Of a stretch of 64,000 bases of DNA, positions 38,531-51,538 are shown piece after piece. Position 1 is the first letter of the stretch. Each line of letters begins with the position of its first letter. The stretch spans positions 248,001 to 312,000 of the forward strand of contig NMRA01000142.1 in NCBI GenBank assembly GCA_002633005.1, written 5' to 3'. Made by a program: the position numbers and the translations under genes. The notes under the pieces were generated by a model that saw only the letters and a program-made list of their open reading frames with translations, did no database searches and was not told the DNA's origin. The stretch comes from Phoronis australis (taxonomy: Eukaryota > Animalia > Phoronida).

Positions 38531-41500
38531 TCAGCAGTTGCTCTGGTCAGTTATAGCAAAGTTGCCCGTCTCCAACCCTCTTTCAACCAGACGTAGTTTC
38601 AGTGTTTCTACAATGGAATCGTCCAGCGTACGAGTGCGAGACAAGATCCAGACAAACTCCTTTGTGGTACCCTGGCTGTTTGGCGAACACGAGTAAATGA
38701 CCGAATATGTGTCATAATCGGTGTCCACCACCCAGTAGTTTAAGAGTCGTGACCCTGGAATACAAGGGTTTTGCACAGAGTTAAGGAGGATTTCCCAGTC
38801 GCTGCTGCATAGTTGTCAGTGTTGAAAGCGAAAGTATCGTTACCGCGAGAAACGCATTTTCAGAATATTGTTGTATGGGAAGTTATTTTAATAACTTAAA
38901 AGTTTGGCCAGAGACAAAAACATGTTTTGTTATTATAGTCTTATTGTAAATCGTAAATTCGCCGTTGTCTCTCGCATTTTATCTAGCCTTGTATCCCATC
39001 TCGCTCAATGTCTTATATTATAATTTTATTTTGTATTATAATAATGTCTAGAGAGCTTATACCAATAAACAGAAGGTGTGACATCTGGTTAGGCGAAATT
39101 ACCCCTGCGCCCTCAAGAAAAAGATGTTCCACTACTTAGATTTTTTAGACTTTTTTATATGTAAAAGCACTTAAGCTGCCCTATATCACACCAAAATATG
39201 TCATAAGACTGCTTCTGAGCTGTTATTTGGTATATAATTTGTTACCATTGCAATTTGTTATGCGTTACGACCGTTTTAAGCGTAAATGACCTAGACTATT
39301 AACGCTAGCGTTTCATTGCCTGAGACTCGGAAACTCATATCTCAGGTATTGCGTACATAAAACATTTTCGAATTCGCAATTTTAGGGTTGGCTAACGCTA
39401 ATAAACACTTTTTACAGACGCTGATGAATTCGACCTTCTTTTTGGTAAAGGAAATAAAATCTTATTATAGCGAGGAATATTAGGAGGCTGATTTTATTAG
39501 CTTTTAAAAGTGACTTGATTCGTTTTCGCAAAATATTGAAGAAATGCAATTTTAAGTAATAATAGGTTAAGGCAATTGGATCCCTTCGGTACCATGGGAA
39601 ACACTTCTTTTCAACCCATGAAACCTTTTACTTTTGAAGTCATTAATGATCACAGAAACCTATTATTTTTTCTTAGAAATCCGAATTTTCCACGTTTTCA
39701 CGAAGCTTGAAAATTTTATCTCTGTATTCTATTAGGTACAATCGGCTGTCTGAAAAAAAATTAGCAAGGCCTATTTAAACCAAAAACTCAGTGGTCAAAA
39801 ATCAAGACCACTATTTTGTCGTTTTTCAATGAAATGACCTAGGCCTTGATTTTTGACGACAGGGTTTTTGGTTTAAATAAGCCTTGCTCATTTTTCCAGG
39901 CTCTCGATTTAACCTAATAGAATGTAAAGATAAAAATTTTTAGTTTCGTGCAAAACTTGTAACGTACATGACAGCTGCGACTTAAACCGCGACGAACTCG
40001 GGTGATCAATTTTCTTTAAGAAAACATAGTCACGTGACTACAAGGCATTATTTTCGTGCGCTCAGTAGGTTATTGTGATCATGAAGGATTGAAAAAATAA
40101 ATGCTTCCATGGGTTCACAAGTTGTATTTTAAAAGATATTTTTGATATCTTAAAGAATCGCACTCCTTTAAAAAGAAATGTGATCTTTGATAGGGAAGAT
40201 ATCCAATTATTTTAAAGATACAATAAATCAAAACATCTGACGTTTTAGGCCACTTAAGCTTATGAAATCGTTGTCGCGTTTTCCTTTCTCCAACTTGAAT
40301 TGATTTCTGAACTTGAGAAGATTTGGCAGTTTATTGTTGCTAGTTCGTCACAAAAAATAATTTCAACTATGAGCAAATGACCATAGTTGTTTTTGACATC
40401 ATAATGTGGTTTATAGTGGCCCTAATCATAACATCGGGGCATTCAAAATGTTTAACAATAAAAGGCTTTGGCTTACCTGAAAATTCTATGACCAACTTTG
40501 CAGGCACCGCAGCATCCAGTGCAAAGACACTACCAGTCATTTTGAATAATTCACCAGTGCTGGAAAGAATTCACAGGCTGTATCACAAGTCACATGAAAA
40601 TTTAGGAGAGGGTGGCCGGGGTCTGCCCTCTTATTGCACGAACAAAAGTCAACCGCGAACTTTTTCCTTCAAAAAAACACATTGTGGTTTCTCCCTTGCT
40701 ATATCATAGAACAGCAATAGAAACAGTTACAACGGAGAAGAACATTGAGTAATAAAAATTATTCACACGCTTATGGCCAAGCAGCAGTTAACCTTTGTTC
40801 GACAAACACAGAAACTGTTAATATGCACTGAGGCGAAAACTACATTTCGGACAGCTCGATATTTGACTTCAGCAAACGTTGTCCATTTACGGCATAAATG
40901 TCACGGAAAGTTGGTACGTTAGCTAAAAGATAACCTTGAAAGTATTTAATTTGATTGTGTGAGACATCGCAAATTTGCGTTTTCGGTGAAAACTGTCGAA
41001 ATATTCAGAAAGTAACACGAGCTTTGATGACTGCAACTCGTAAATACTGCTCAATTTTCGTCAGGCATCTAATTCAGGTAGATCTCGTCTCGGCTTACAT
41101 TTGCGCGAGAGAAAGGTAATGTTACTGAGACGCAAAAATTGTGGTACCGGGAATATGCGTCCGTGAGAGGAATAGTGTGCACGAGAGAACTTTGTGTCAA
41201 GATGATCTGTACACCAGCGAGAAAGTTCCAAAGTCAGTTTAAAATGCTCGTCAACCCCCAGGCATTTCTTGATTTACTGTTTACGTTGAAGGGAATTGTA
41301 GCTTTAACAAAACCGCCATATACCTTTTTCTGATTCCATTAATAAGCAGGTCAACACTGTTGTCTGGAGCCGTAGTGTACGTACCCTGGATGCATTTCAA
41401 TCCGCTTTCGAAGACGTTGTTGGATCTATGGATTTCATACCAGTCACCGAGATACTGTAAGAGTATAAATTAAAAATTCAATTAAGAAGAAAACACGTAT

Positions 41501-41839
41501 CTTAGATCGATTTCCATATCTAGGCAGGTGTAGTTAATAAATCATATTACTAAAAACGCTGCGTTTAGACTGACTGTCAAAAAATGGATCCGCAAATTGA
41601 AATTTCAAGAAGGAATCGGTGCTTTCGTACTTCCTCTGCGAAAGGTTTAGAACTAAACACTCGCGAGGAAGAAGGCTTTTTAAGTGAATTCAACATCGCA
41701 TTGGTAATCTTTCATTTTTTACCCGTGTCATGTTGAGTGACTGCTTCAAAGCCGCTGTGTCTAAACATCCCCCGGTGTTGATAAAACCCTGCCCACTGAC
41801 GACAACTAATGAACACAGTGCAATGACGGCTTGAAACAT
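38531..41839 (-). CDS. APOD: Apolipoprotein D-like secreted lipocalin, paralog 1 (184 aa, 4 exons)
   Basis: Exons 41839-41723, 41454-41324, 40559-40477, 38754-38531 are GT-AG and in frame. The product has a signal peptide MFQAVIALCSLVVVSG, SCR1 YLGDWYEI, YWVVDTDYDTYS (SCR2), WILSR (SCR3), the four ApoD-type Cys and a C-terminal TDQSNC. AATAAA (minus) lies at ~38460-38465. Confidence 0.92.
39600..40130. mobile_element. Old fold-back element in intron 3 of lipocalin 1; partial homolog in paralog 2 at ~55770-56130
   Basis: Inverted arms around ~39820, e.g. GCAAGGCCTATTTAAACCAAAAACTCAGTGGTCAAAAATCAAG vs CTTGATTTTTGACGACAGGGTTTTTGGTTTAAATAAGCCTTGC. Confidence 0.7.
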
Positions 41840-42417
41840 GGCGACGGTGAATGTCGAACTGACCACCCAACTACGCGCGTTCACCTATTAAAGGTCTGTT
41901 CTTGCGTAACTTAATTTTCGACCGGCACACGTGCAAGATCAGACATTTATCCATAGACTACAAAAGGTATGCTGGTATAATGAAGATTATTTGATTTCTC
42001 GCTTCGACTCACCGTTCTCGAGTTAGGTGAGGTTTTCTGATTTGATGACTGTTTTCTATCAATAGTTATAATCCTTCAAACACTACCTTTGATATCAGCC
42101 GGGTGGGAAGATTCTGTGTTGTTGCATCCAAAACGTCGAAGGGTCGCGTTTATTTTGATTACATTGTAAAATTGATTTCTTTGCCAGCACTCAATCACAA
42201 ATGGCCATTTTACCGTGTTGCTTGTTGATACATGTATCTCAGCCCTTATTGTCAAGCGTTTCATAATGAAGAATTAAAATCGTGCTTATTTCAGATCAAA
42301 CACGCCCACATTTTGAGACAGTCATGATTCAGCGTTTCAAGCTTCTTACGCCAGTGCGCCAGATGTCGGTTCGCTGTAGTCAGCGCCCTCTCTCTCTGCC
42401 GTCTGCCATTTTGTGCT

Positions 42418-42573
42418 AGCGTGCGTTCAGTAACGCTATGACCTACGCTAGGACCTAGCCAAAATCTTTTCAAAGTCACGTGTCCTGATTTAAAATACAC
42501 AACAACATCGCACGTAATCTCGTGAAGTCTTGCTTTTTAGCGACTAGGTCCTAGCGTTACTGAACGGGAGGCT
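42418..42573. mobile_element. MITE nested in the 5' LTR
   Basis: TIR CGTTCAGTAACGCTA / TAGCGTTACTGAACG. Absent from the 3' LTR. A related copy lies at ~50803-50955. Confidence 0.85.
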
Positions 42574-42817
42574 GGTATCGTTCATTTTATTTAGCTATCA
42601 ATAAACCTTTAGTGTTTCGTCCACAGTTGCTCGTTCTGCATAAACAATTACCTTCTGACGTGGTGGCAGCGTTATAAACGCACTTTACGACCGATCCCCG
42701 TCAATTACCGCAGTGCACGTACGCTATCCCATTTCAAAGGGGGACGAGCCAGTTCACACTACTGGTCCACACACCGTGACAACTGACATTGTTTTGCGCT
42801 TTATTCGCACCTGGAAC

Positions 42818-45800
42818 ATGTCGCACAGAGCGCCTAAACAATGGTCGTTAACCAAGAACGAAGCAATAACAACTTTTGAGGCTTGGCGTCAGAACCTACT
42901 GTACATACTATCCCTTGACAAGAATTTTGCTGACTTCCTAGTTGACGGCGTGTCATGGAGAAAGAAAAGTCCTACCTCACCTCACCGGAGTTTGGTCGCC
43001 GACGGCAATGGCGTCCCTGAAGATCACAGGAGGACTGCTGCTCAGAAGTGTCAACACCTGGAGCTCCTGCTTGCCCAAGTGGGAAACTGCTGTCCAGTAA
43101 TTTCTCTCAATACCATAGTGAAGAACTCCACATCACTGGCCAACATATGGCAAGCCATTCGTTTGCATTACGGCCTACAGTCTACCGGTGCTCACTTTTT
43201 AGGCTGATGGGCGACCAGAAGACCTGTATCAAAGACTCGTCTCATTTGTCGAAGACAGTCTACTACAGGCCCACGGTACCATTCGACGTCACGACGAAGT
43301 AGTCACCATAGATGAAGAGCTGACCCCCACACTAGAGAACATGGTTGTTCTCACATGGTTAAAACTCCTTCATCCCTTCTCCCTAACCTAGTAAAGCAAC
43401 GTTACGGCACTGAACTCCGATCTCGTACCCTAGCCACGCTAAAACCAGAGATCTCTCAAGCTATGGACTCGTTGCTTGACGAAATAAAACACTGCAGATG
43501 CTAAGATGCTACGCAACAGTACTAGCAAATTCGACAACAAACGCTCTAACTTCCACACACCCAAACGGACCTCAATCAGCAGACCATCGTGCCCCCTGTG
43601 TGTGCAAGCTCGTCGTGCGGAGACACAGCATTTTCTCAGCAAATGCCCATTTCTTCCACCACAAGATCGTCTTTTCATGAGTAAGGCGCGACAACTTACC
43701 TGTTCAGAAGACCATAGTGTAGATGACGCCAATGTGGACGATGACGACGACTGCTCTAACTTTTGCGTGTCATCCCATCGTGTCCGTGTGACCAAGTCTC
43801 CTACTTTCAAAGTGTTTTACACTCATCATCCTGTTGTCCTCACCGTTGACACAGGTGCTGAAACTAATATGATTAAGGCATCCTTCGCAAGGTTCATCGA
43901 CGCCCACATCAAACCCAGTACTCAGTGCGCTTTCCAAGCTGAAGGCAAGTCACCGTTGTCCGTAGTTGTGGAAACATCACTTTCGGTTTCCCGAAATGAC
44001 CAGAAATTGCTCCTCGAGGCGCTCGTCGTTGACGATGTGGACGTCGATGTTTTGGCTGGGACCCCATTCATAACTTCGAACGATCGCTGTTCGACCAGCA
44101 AAGTGTCAAATCACGATCCGAGGGACTGACATAATCACCTACGGCTCTGGTACAAAGTCTGCCACAAACCCACACCTCAGTTGTCCGCCTCACGCAGTAA
44201 CATCTGTTACGATCACCGAGGTACTCCACAGTTTTGTGGCCAGGGGATTTTTGGAGGTTACCGTCCTATCAGATGTTGATCCTGATGGATCCATGGAACC
44301 ATACCACATCCCTCGTAACAACCACTTTGGTCAAAATCACGCTACCGCCCCGAACTTCCAGCTAGTCACGGACTCTGTACCACCAACCAGCTCCACGCGT
44401 ACTCTTTTAGAATCTCCTACAACACAGTATTCGAGCTCTGTTGTGTTGGACCCTGACTATTTGCTGTCACCTGAGACCAGACAACTGCTTTGCAGTGTCA
44501 TGAATGAGTACAACCAGGTATTTAGCCTCGCGTTCCTGGCTACAATGGGTCTGCCGGTCCATTAAAGGCTGTGGTGAACATGGGTCCCGTCCAACCACCC
44601 CAGCGAAAGGGACGTGTCCCTCAATATTCTCGTCACAAACTCGTGGAGTTACAAACCAAGTTTGATGATCTTGAGATGGAAGGTATCTTTCGTCGACTGG
44701 AGGACATCGGCATCACCGTCGAGAACCTGAATCCTTCTTTTCTAGTGAAGAAGCCAAACGGTGGGTTTCGTCTATTCATTGCCTTCGCGAATGTTGGTCG
44801 TTACTGCAAGACCCTTATGCCCGATGTAGATGCCAAACTTCGCACCATCACATGCTGGAAGTACCTCATCGGTACGGACCTCACCAGTGCCTTCTACCAG
44901 ATACCATTGGACCGTTCTTCTATGAAATACTGTGGCGTCTGCACTTCCGTTAAAGGGGTGCGTGTCTATACCTGTGCTGCCATGGGTATGCCCGGCTCAG
45001 AAACTGCACTCGAATAACTCATGTGTCGCGTCCTTGGAGACCTTCTTCAAGAGGGCAAAGTCGCAAAACTGGATGATGATTTGTATTGCCGCGCGGATAC
45101 CCCAGATGATCTCCTCACAGTATGGACCCGTGTACTCCAGGCCCTGGACAGGTGTAACCCCCATCTTTCACCTACCAAGACCGTCGTTTGCCCAAGGTCG
45201 ACCACTGTCCTGGGGTGGATTTGGTTGGATGGCAATATCTCCGCGAGCCCTCATCGTATAGCTACACTCTCGTCCTGCCCCAAACCTGATAATGTCCGTG
45301 GTTTACGTTCCTTCATTGGTGCCTACAAAGCTCTAGGTCGAGTCTTACCTGCGTGTTCCCAAGCTCTTGCACCGTCAGAAGAGTCAATTGCAGGCATGAA
45401 ATCCCAGGATAAGGTACCATGGAATGACAGTCTTCGTGATTCCTTCGATCGCGCCCAACAGTCTCTCAAGTCGCACTAGAGCATCCTGAAACCTCGACCC
45501 TCAGACCAATTGTGGATCGTCACCGATGGGTCTGTTACTAGTCATGGAATAGGGGCAACGCTCTATGTCACACGATCGAGGACAGAAGCTGTGTCTTGCT
45601 AGGTTTTACAGCGCCAAACTTCGCAAACACCAAGTCACTTGGCTCCCGTGCGAGATTGAGGCTCTACAGCTGCTGCCATCAAACACATCAGTCCGTTTAT
45701 TATCCAATCGAATCATCGGACTTGTCTCCTCACAGACAGCAAGCCGTGTGCACAGGCAGTAGAAAAACTATGTAGAGGAGAATTCTCATCTAGTCCTCGT

Positions 45801-47529
45801 GTAACATCGTTTCTGTCTATTGTCAGCCGCTACCAGGTTCACTTGTCACACCTAGCTAGTCCCGCAAACATTCCGTCAGACGTCGCAAGTCGCAACGCTC
45901 CCGACTGCAATGAACCACGTTGCCAAGTTTGTTCGTTTATCATCGCCATAGAAGATTCTGTCGTGAGACATATCTGCATTGACGACGTCCTGCAAGGATC
46001 GACTCGTGTCCCATTCACGACTCGCTCCACCTAGATTGTTACTCAGTTGGAATGTCTTGATCTTCGACGTGTCCGCGCTCATCTGAAACAGGGCACTCGC
46101 CCTTCTAAGAAGCTCGCTTCCTTACCAGACGTGAAGCGTTTCCTCAGGGTTACCACTATCTACCGTGATGGTCTACTCGTTGTACGTCGAAGCCAACCCC
46201 TGTTTGGTGCTTCCGAGAGGATTGTCGTGCCCCGGGCTGTTCTAGAAGGGTTGCTTACTGCTATTCACATCAAGCTTGACCACCCTTCCAAGCATCAACT
46301 GAAGCTGGTTGTCAGTTGCCACTTCTACGCGTTAGATCTCGATAAAGCCATTGACCGGGTTTCTGAATCATGCTATTTATGTGCGTCCCTGAAAGCCTCT
46401 CCCTGTGCTTTTGTCCCAAAATCGACTACTGACCCGCCAGAGGTTCCAGGCATTTGCTTTGCTGCAGATGTCTTGAAGCGTTCGCACCAGCTCATTCTTC
46501 TTGTACGTGAAACGGTCACATCGTATTCTTCCACTTGTCTTATTGACACTGAGACACATACTGTGCTCCGAGACGCTCTAGTCCAACTCCTGTCAGAACT
46601 ACTCCCACTTGATGGACCGTCTGCCATTGTCCGGGTCGATCCCGCCCCTGGGTTTCGTGCGCTCCAGAACGACAAGCTGTTAAACTCAGTTGGCATACGT
46701 CTAGAAGTTGGTCGCGTCAAGAACACAAACAAGAACCACGTTGCAGAAAAGGCAATTGCTGAACTTGAGAACGAGTTTTTACGCCAGCAACCTGGAGGGG
46801 GTCCAGTGCCTAAGCTAGGTCTGAGCATCGCCACAGCCCGACTCAATTCCCGTCTTCGCTCTCGTGGTTTGTCATCTCGAGAAATGTGGCTCCAGCGGAA
46901 TCAGTATACCAATGAACAACTCCCTGTGTCTGACAGAGAAATGATCTTACAACAACACCGCGCTCGGACTGCGAATCATTCACACAGCGAAAGATCGAAG
47001 AATCCCCAGGGACGACACCTCTTTGGCTGTAGGTGATCTAGTGTACCTCCACGCAGATCGCGACAAGACAAAGGCTCGTGAACGATACTTGGTAGTGTCC
47101 ATCGAGGACGACTGGTGTTATATCCGCAAGTTTGTTGGTTCGCAACTACGCTCCACATCATACAAAGTCAAACTGGATGATTGCTACGTTGTGCCCGAGT
47201 TTTTCTTACCGCTTGCGGAGTTGCCTTCACCAGCTCCGACGCTGGATGACGACGATGTACCGTACTCCACTGACACTCGTCCTGTTGGTATGCCGTCCGC
47301 CGATTCTTAGTCTGTCACGTTGCCTGCTGATCTTCAGCTTCCGCCTGTTCCTCAGGCATTGTCGCTGCCTCCGGACGATGCCACGTTTTCTTCTAATGAC
47401 GACAACCCCTGCGATGTACCCAACGCTTGCTCTGATGCCCAGCCCGCTCTCAAAGAGGCCAGCGACTGTTGTCGACTGAAACGTTCTCACCACCCACCCT
47501 CATATTTACAGGATTACTTACTTAACTAA
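42818..47529 (+). pseudogene. Gypsy gag-pol polyprotein, disrupted by frameshifts and stops
   Basis: gag ([27 protein letters not shown]), Zn knuckle CPLC-x9-HFLSKC, protease LTVDTGAETNMI, RT ([25 protein letters not shown]), RNase H (LWIVTDGS), integrase (H-H-C-C, FAADV, RVDPAPGF, AEKAIAELE). In-frame stops occur at e.g. ~45015, 45477 and 46032. Confidence 0.93.
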
Positions 47530-48382
47530 GGACAGGTAAAGTTTCCTCACGTTTATTAGCCTACTTATTTGTTGTTAGTTTATGTTTTTGTGGAGAAAGA
47601 GAAGTCACGCCAGTCCGCCAGATGTCGTTTCGATGTAGTAAGCGCCATCCCTCTCTGCCGTCTGCCATTTTTGCTGGTATCGTTCATTCTATTTAGCTCT
47701 CAATAAACCTTAGTGTTTCATCCACAGTTCGTTCTGCATTAGCAATTGCCGTCTGGCGTTAGTTAAAACCAGAACCACACTGCCGAGGGCCTTTGATGCA
47801 CTGAAGAAAGAGAATCAAATAATACCGCACTACAGACATACACTACAGTGCCCTTTTCTTGGTGCGTTGCCAACAAGTCCAACAAAAAGCAGTTCTTTGT
47901 TACAATTCAAAGAGAATGTTTTAGTGCAAAATATGTAAGTTTTACCGTTACACACCTTCCACACAATACAATTTCCTGTTAAAAACCTACAGAACAGTCA
48001 TTATTAATTTTCACTTTCATTACATTTTGGAGCAGACATCAAATGCAATGACAGATCTCGCTCAGTGAAGTATTAGTACTGCCGAAGTTACTTCTCAGCT
48101 TAAGCAACACCGACTTTTTCTAAATTAATGCTGCCTTTTTCCTGCTTAGCAGGCTACAAATGAAAAGCGAATTAGGCCTTACACTCTCATAACACAAGTC
48201 TCCTAATATTCCGTGCCGTGATTCCATTCTTGTTGCCAACTCAATTCACAAGGAATGCTAGACTGGGATTAGAGATGTGTTTCATGAACAGGATTAAGAA
48301 AAAAAATCAAACCTTTTTCAGCAAATGTGAAGTAGGAGCGTATCAAGACCAAATCTACGAACGTACATACATACATACATAC

Positions 48383-48625
48383 CAGTGGTGGATCTAGGAT
48401 ACCATAAGGGGGCCCCAACATTTTGCCTCGAGGAATTGGGCAAAGCGCGATTGTATGTGCACGGGCGGCCCGAAAGTTGCAGGGTCCGGGAGTAGTATGA
48501 ACTTTCTGTTCGGAAAGTCTATAGACTAAAATAAAATAAAATAAAAATACGGGAACGCGATCCCGCAATATTTCCTTACGCTTCACGCTGTTGCTGTTTC
48601 ACTTTCCCGCCTAAATCCACCTATG
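48383..48625. mobile_element. MITE, CAGTGGCGGATC family, inside a (TACA)n tract
   Basis: CAGTGGTGGATCTAGG ... CCTAAATCCACCTATG; 5-bp TSD CATAC. The 5' part is homologous to the copy at 19080. Confidence 0.8.
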
Positions 48626-49502
48626 CATACACACATACATATGTATACACACATACATATAACTGTTCTGGGGGCGTGTGCCTTGTCATGGCGGAACAGC
48701 TTGCGTATCTCTGTGACCTCCAGAGCTATACGGGCTGGAGTCATACTTGCAGAACAGTACACGTGACTTTTTACCGCCAGATGCGAACTGGCCGACGTAA
48801 GCTTACAAATCATTCTGTGAAAAAAACCTGTCACCCAAGAACATAATTATGCGCTCAAAGAAAGCCAACATGAGTTCTTGCCGACAAACTTTGATTTTGA
48901 TATTGGCATGGCAATTTTTGAACCACGGACAAACTCGGTGCAGCAAAAAATACAACTAGCTTGAATTTTGATTTTGCAAGTGATACAGTACTTTAAACGC
49001 ACTTCTCGGTCAATTATCTACAGTTTAAATGCATTGATTCCTGATAACAAGGAGACAACAAGGAGTGAAATCAGAACTGATCTATTACCCTAGTAATGCA
49101 TATTTTTAAGGAATTTTACGTCTCACTTGTGTCTTGATTATGAAACTACACTGAACTTCATTCAAATACATGTACCCATATGTTACCTCAAATTATTCAT
49201 TTTCATTTACAGATCTTGTCATCGCATCAAGTGTGAGTCAGTTCATGATTTAATTGTTTAATTTTAAACACCATTGGCGTTCAAGCTAAAATGGCTAAGC
49301 GAGTATAATATTGGCTTAGAGCTCTATTTGACTCGGGTGGCGTCATGTGTAAGTTGACTTTCATCTATTTGTATTAATCTCACATCCGTAGTACTCCTAT
49401 ATACTTCGCTTTTTAATGTTACTCATTCATCAGTTTTCTATTTGCAAGACTTAGCTTAACTTAATGTAATTAAATTAGTTGTGGTGGGAATGTTCTGGCA
49501 TA

Positions 49503-51538
49503 CATGTCAGAATCTTACATGGATGTCAACCAACTGGTTAGGTGTACACGTTACTACTGTCGACACCTTGTGGTCAAATTGTAAAACTATTCCAAGAAAT
49601 AGTTGATTAATTGGCTGCAAAAAGGTAGAATAGTTTTTAGTCAGGGCAACCTAAATTGTCCAGAGATTCCAAATCTTCAGTTTGGCTATCACCATATTTG
49701 CACTTTAATGTATACTTTATGGCTTGAGTTTTAATAAAACCTTAACTTAACTAATGGCACGTGTAGTTTTGTTTGCTGTGAAATGTTTAATGCAGCTGTA
49801 TTATGGAAAATTCAGGGATGGGCTCACAATTAACTAAACTAATTAAGTTTCGCTGGCAATCAAAATCTACCTCTGTTTTGGTACTTGAAGTTTAAGAATA
49901 AAATAAAAAGCTAACAAACCCGTTAACGATAAGGGAAAAAAGTAGACAGGAGCATTAAAATGAAATAACAAAACCGGATTTGAAACACATTGAAACCATC
50001 GTTCCTTTGGGAAGTGGCCCATAGTCAAACTAACTTTTTAGTCGTTTTGTGACATTTAATATAACAAGTTAAAACTACTCTCCACAGTTGCAATCCTTAA
50101 ACAGTTTTAGTTGCAACTCCACTGATTGCCAGAGGAAACCAACTTGGATAAAATAACAAGCATCATTGTTGAGACATCAGTGCTAGCTATTACCTTTCCA
50201 CTTCATTAGCTCAGATCTACATCAATACAAAGGTCGAGCTGAATAGGCATCATAAAAGTTGTCTGGGGCTAAGGGAATCAGAGCGGTGACCATTGTAAGC
50301 GAAATTGGAGAAATTCTCCACAAGAACTCATTAACTGTACCTCTTAAAATCATTTGAAAATTTAGACAAAAAGCAAAATATTTAGTAATTCCTAGTGATT
50401 TTATTTTGGTTTTAAAACTTTTCACTTTCAATTTTTCTTCAAATTGTTTTATATCTGATAATTTTACGAACACCTGTTATTTTCAATATTTTCCATTTTA
50501 AATACAAAATATTTTCAAATTTGTTTCATAAGATTTTCATTTTGAACATAATTTACTTTTCAAATAAAATTCTTTCCTTTAAAAATATATTGTTTTCTTA
50601 GCAATTAAATTAAAATTTGCTATTGGATGTTGGATGTTAACCAACTCTCTGTCCTTTTGTATAGCTTCATGATTTGACCACCAGGTGGGGCAGCTAATGG
50701 ATGTTGGATGTCAACCTAGTCTCCTGCACAGACCCTCGAGGTTGGTTGGGGTCTGGGCCTTCACAAGCAATCCGTGACGTCAGCTTGTGAGGCCCGGGAA
50801 CCAGGCGTGCCTTCAGAAGACGCTAGGACCTACGCTAGGACCTAGCTAAAACCTAGTAAAAGTCACGTGTTCTCATTTAAAATACACGACAATGTCTCAT
50901 GTAATCTCGCGAAGTCTTGCTTTTTAGCGAGGTCCTAGCGTTACTGAAGGAGGCAGGTTAGATGTCAACCAACCACAAGGTGGCGTTTGCTTGTTGGTTG
51001 TCATCCAAGTAAGGTGTACATCTAACTAGTTGATTGACATCCATGTAAGATTCTGACATGGTGGCGTTAGGTTTTTAGCCCTTTTCTCAACAGCATTACT
51101 TTACCAGATGGGGAAGCTATTGGATGTTGGATGTCAACCAACGAACTACATCTTAGCTCAGTGTCTGTATAGATCCCTGTATGCCAGTGATCGTTTGCCC
51201 AACAGGTAGAGCAGCTATTGGATTTTAGATGTCAGCCAACTAACTACATCTTACCTTTATATGCCTGTGTTTAACCACCAAATGGATGTTGCATGTCAAC
51301 CAACTAACCAACTATACAGTGCCCCTTGTATATCTTCATGATTTGACCACCAGGTGTGGCAGGTATTGGCCTGATGTTGGATATCAACCAACTGAACGAA
51401 GTATCTTTCCCTTTATAGCTTTACGACTAGCTATGTTGGATGTCAACCAACCACAAAGTGGCGTGTGCTGTTGGTTGTCATCCAAGTAAGGTGTACAGCT
51501 AATATAGTTGGTTTACATCTATGTAAGATTCTGACATG
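49503..51538. mobile_element. TIR DNA-transposon derivative with a duplicated right end and subterminal GGATGTTGGATGTCAACCAAC repeats
   Basis: Left CATGTCAGAATCTTACATGGATGTCAACCAACTGGTTAGGTGTACAC. Its inverse occurs at ~51014-51060 and again at ~51491-51538. Confidence 0.7.
50717..50960. mobile_element. Composite MITE (TAG...TTA ends) with a 10-bp flanking direct repeat
   Basis: GATGTCAACC at 50707-50716 and 50961-50970. The right part matches the MITE in the Gypsy 5' LTR. Confidence 0.6.

Larger units (their letters stand above)
42344..47758 (+). mobile_element. Ty3/Gypsy LTR retrotransposon, full-length but decayed
   Basis: 5' LTR ~42344-42660 (interrupted by a MITE) and 3' LTR ~47604-47758. 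PBS TGGTGGCAGCG at 42661-42671; PPT GGAGAAAGAGAAG at ~47592-47604. Internal domain order is gag-PR-RT-RH-IN. Confidence 0.95.

Noticed and set aside
43439-47493. Antisense and alternate-frame ORFs within the Gypsy element
   Set aside because: Shadows of the GC-richer pol sequence with no independent motifs.
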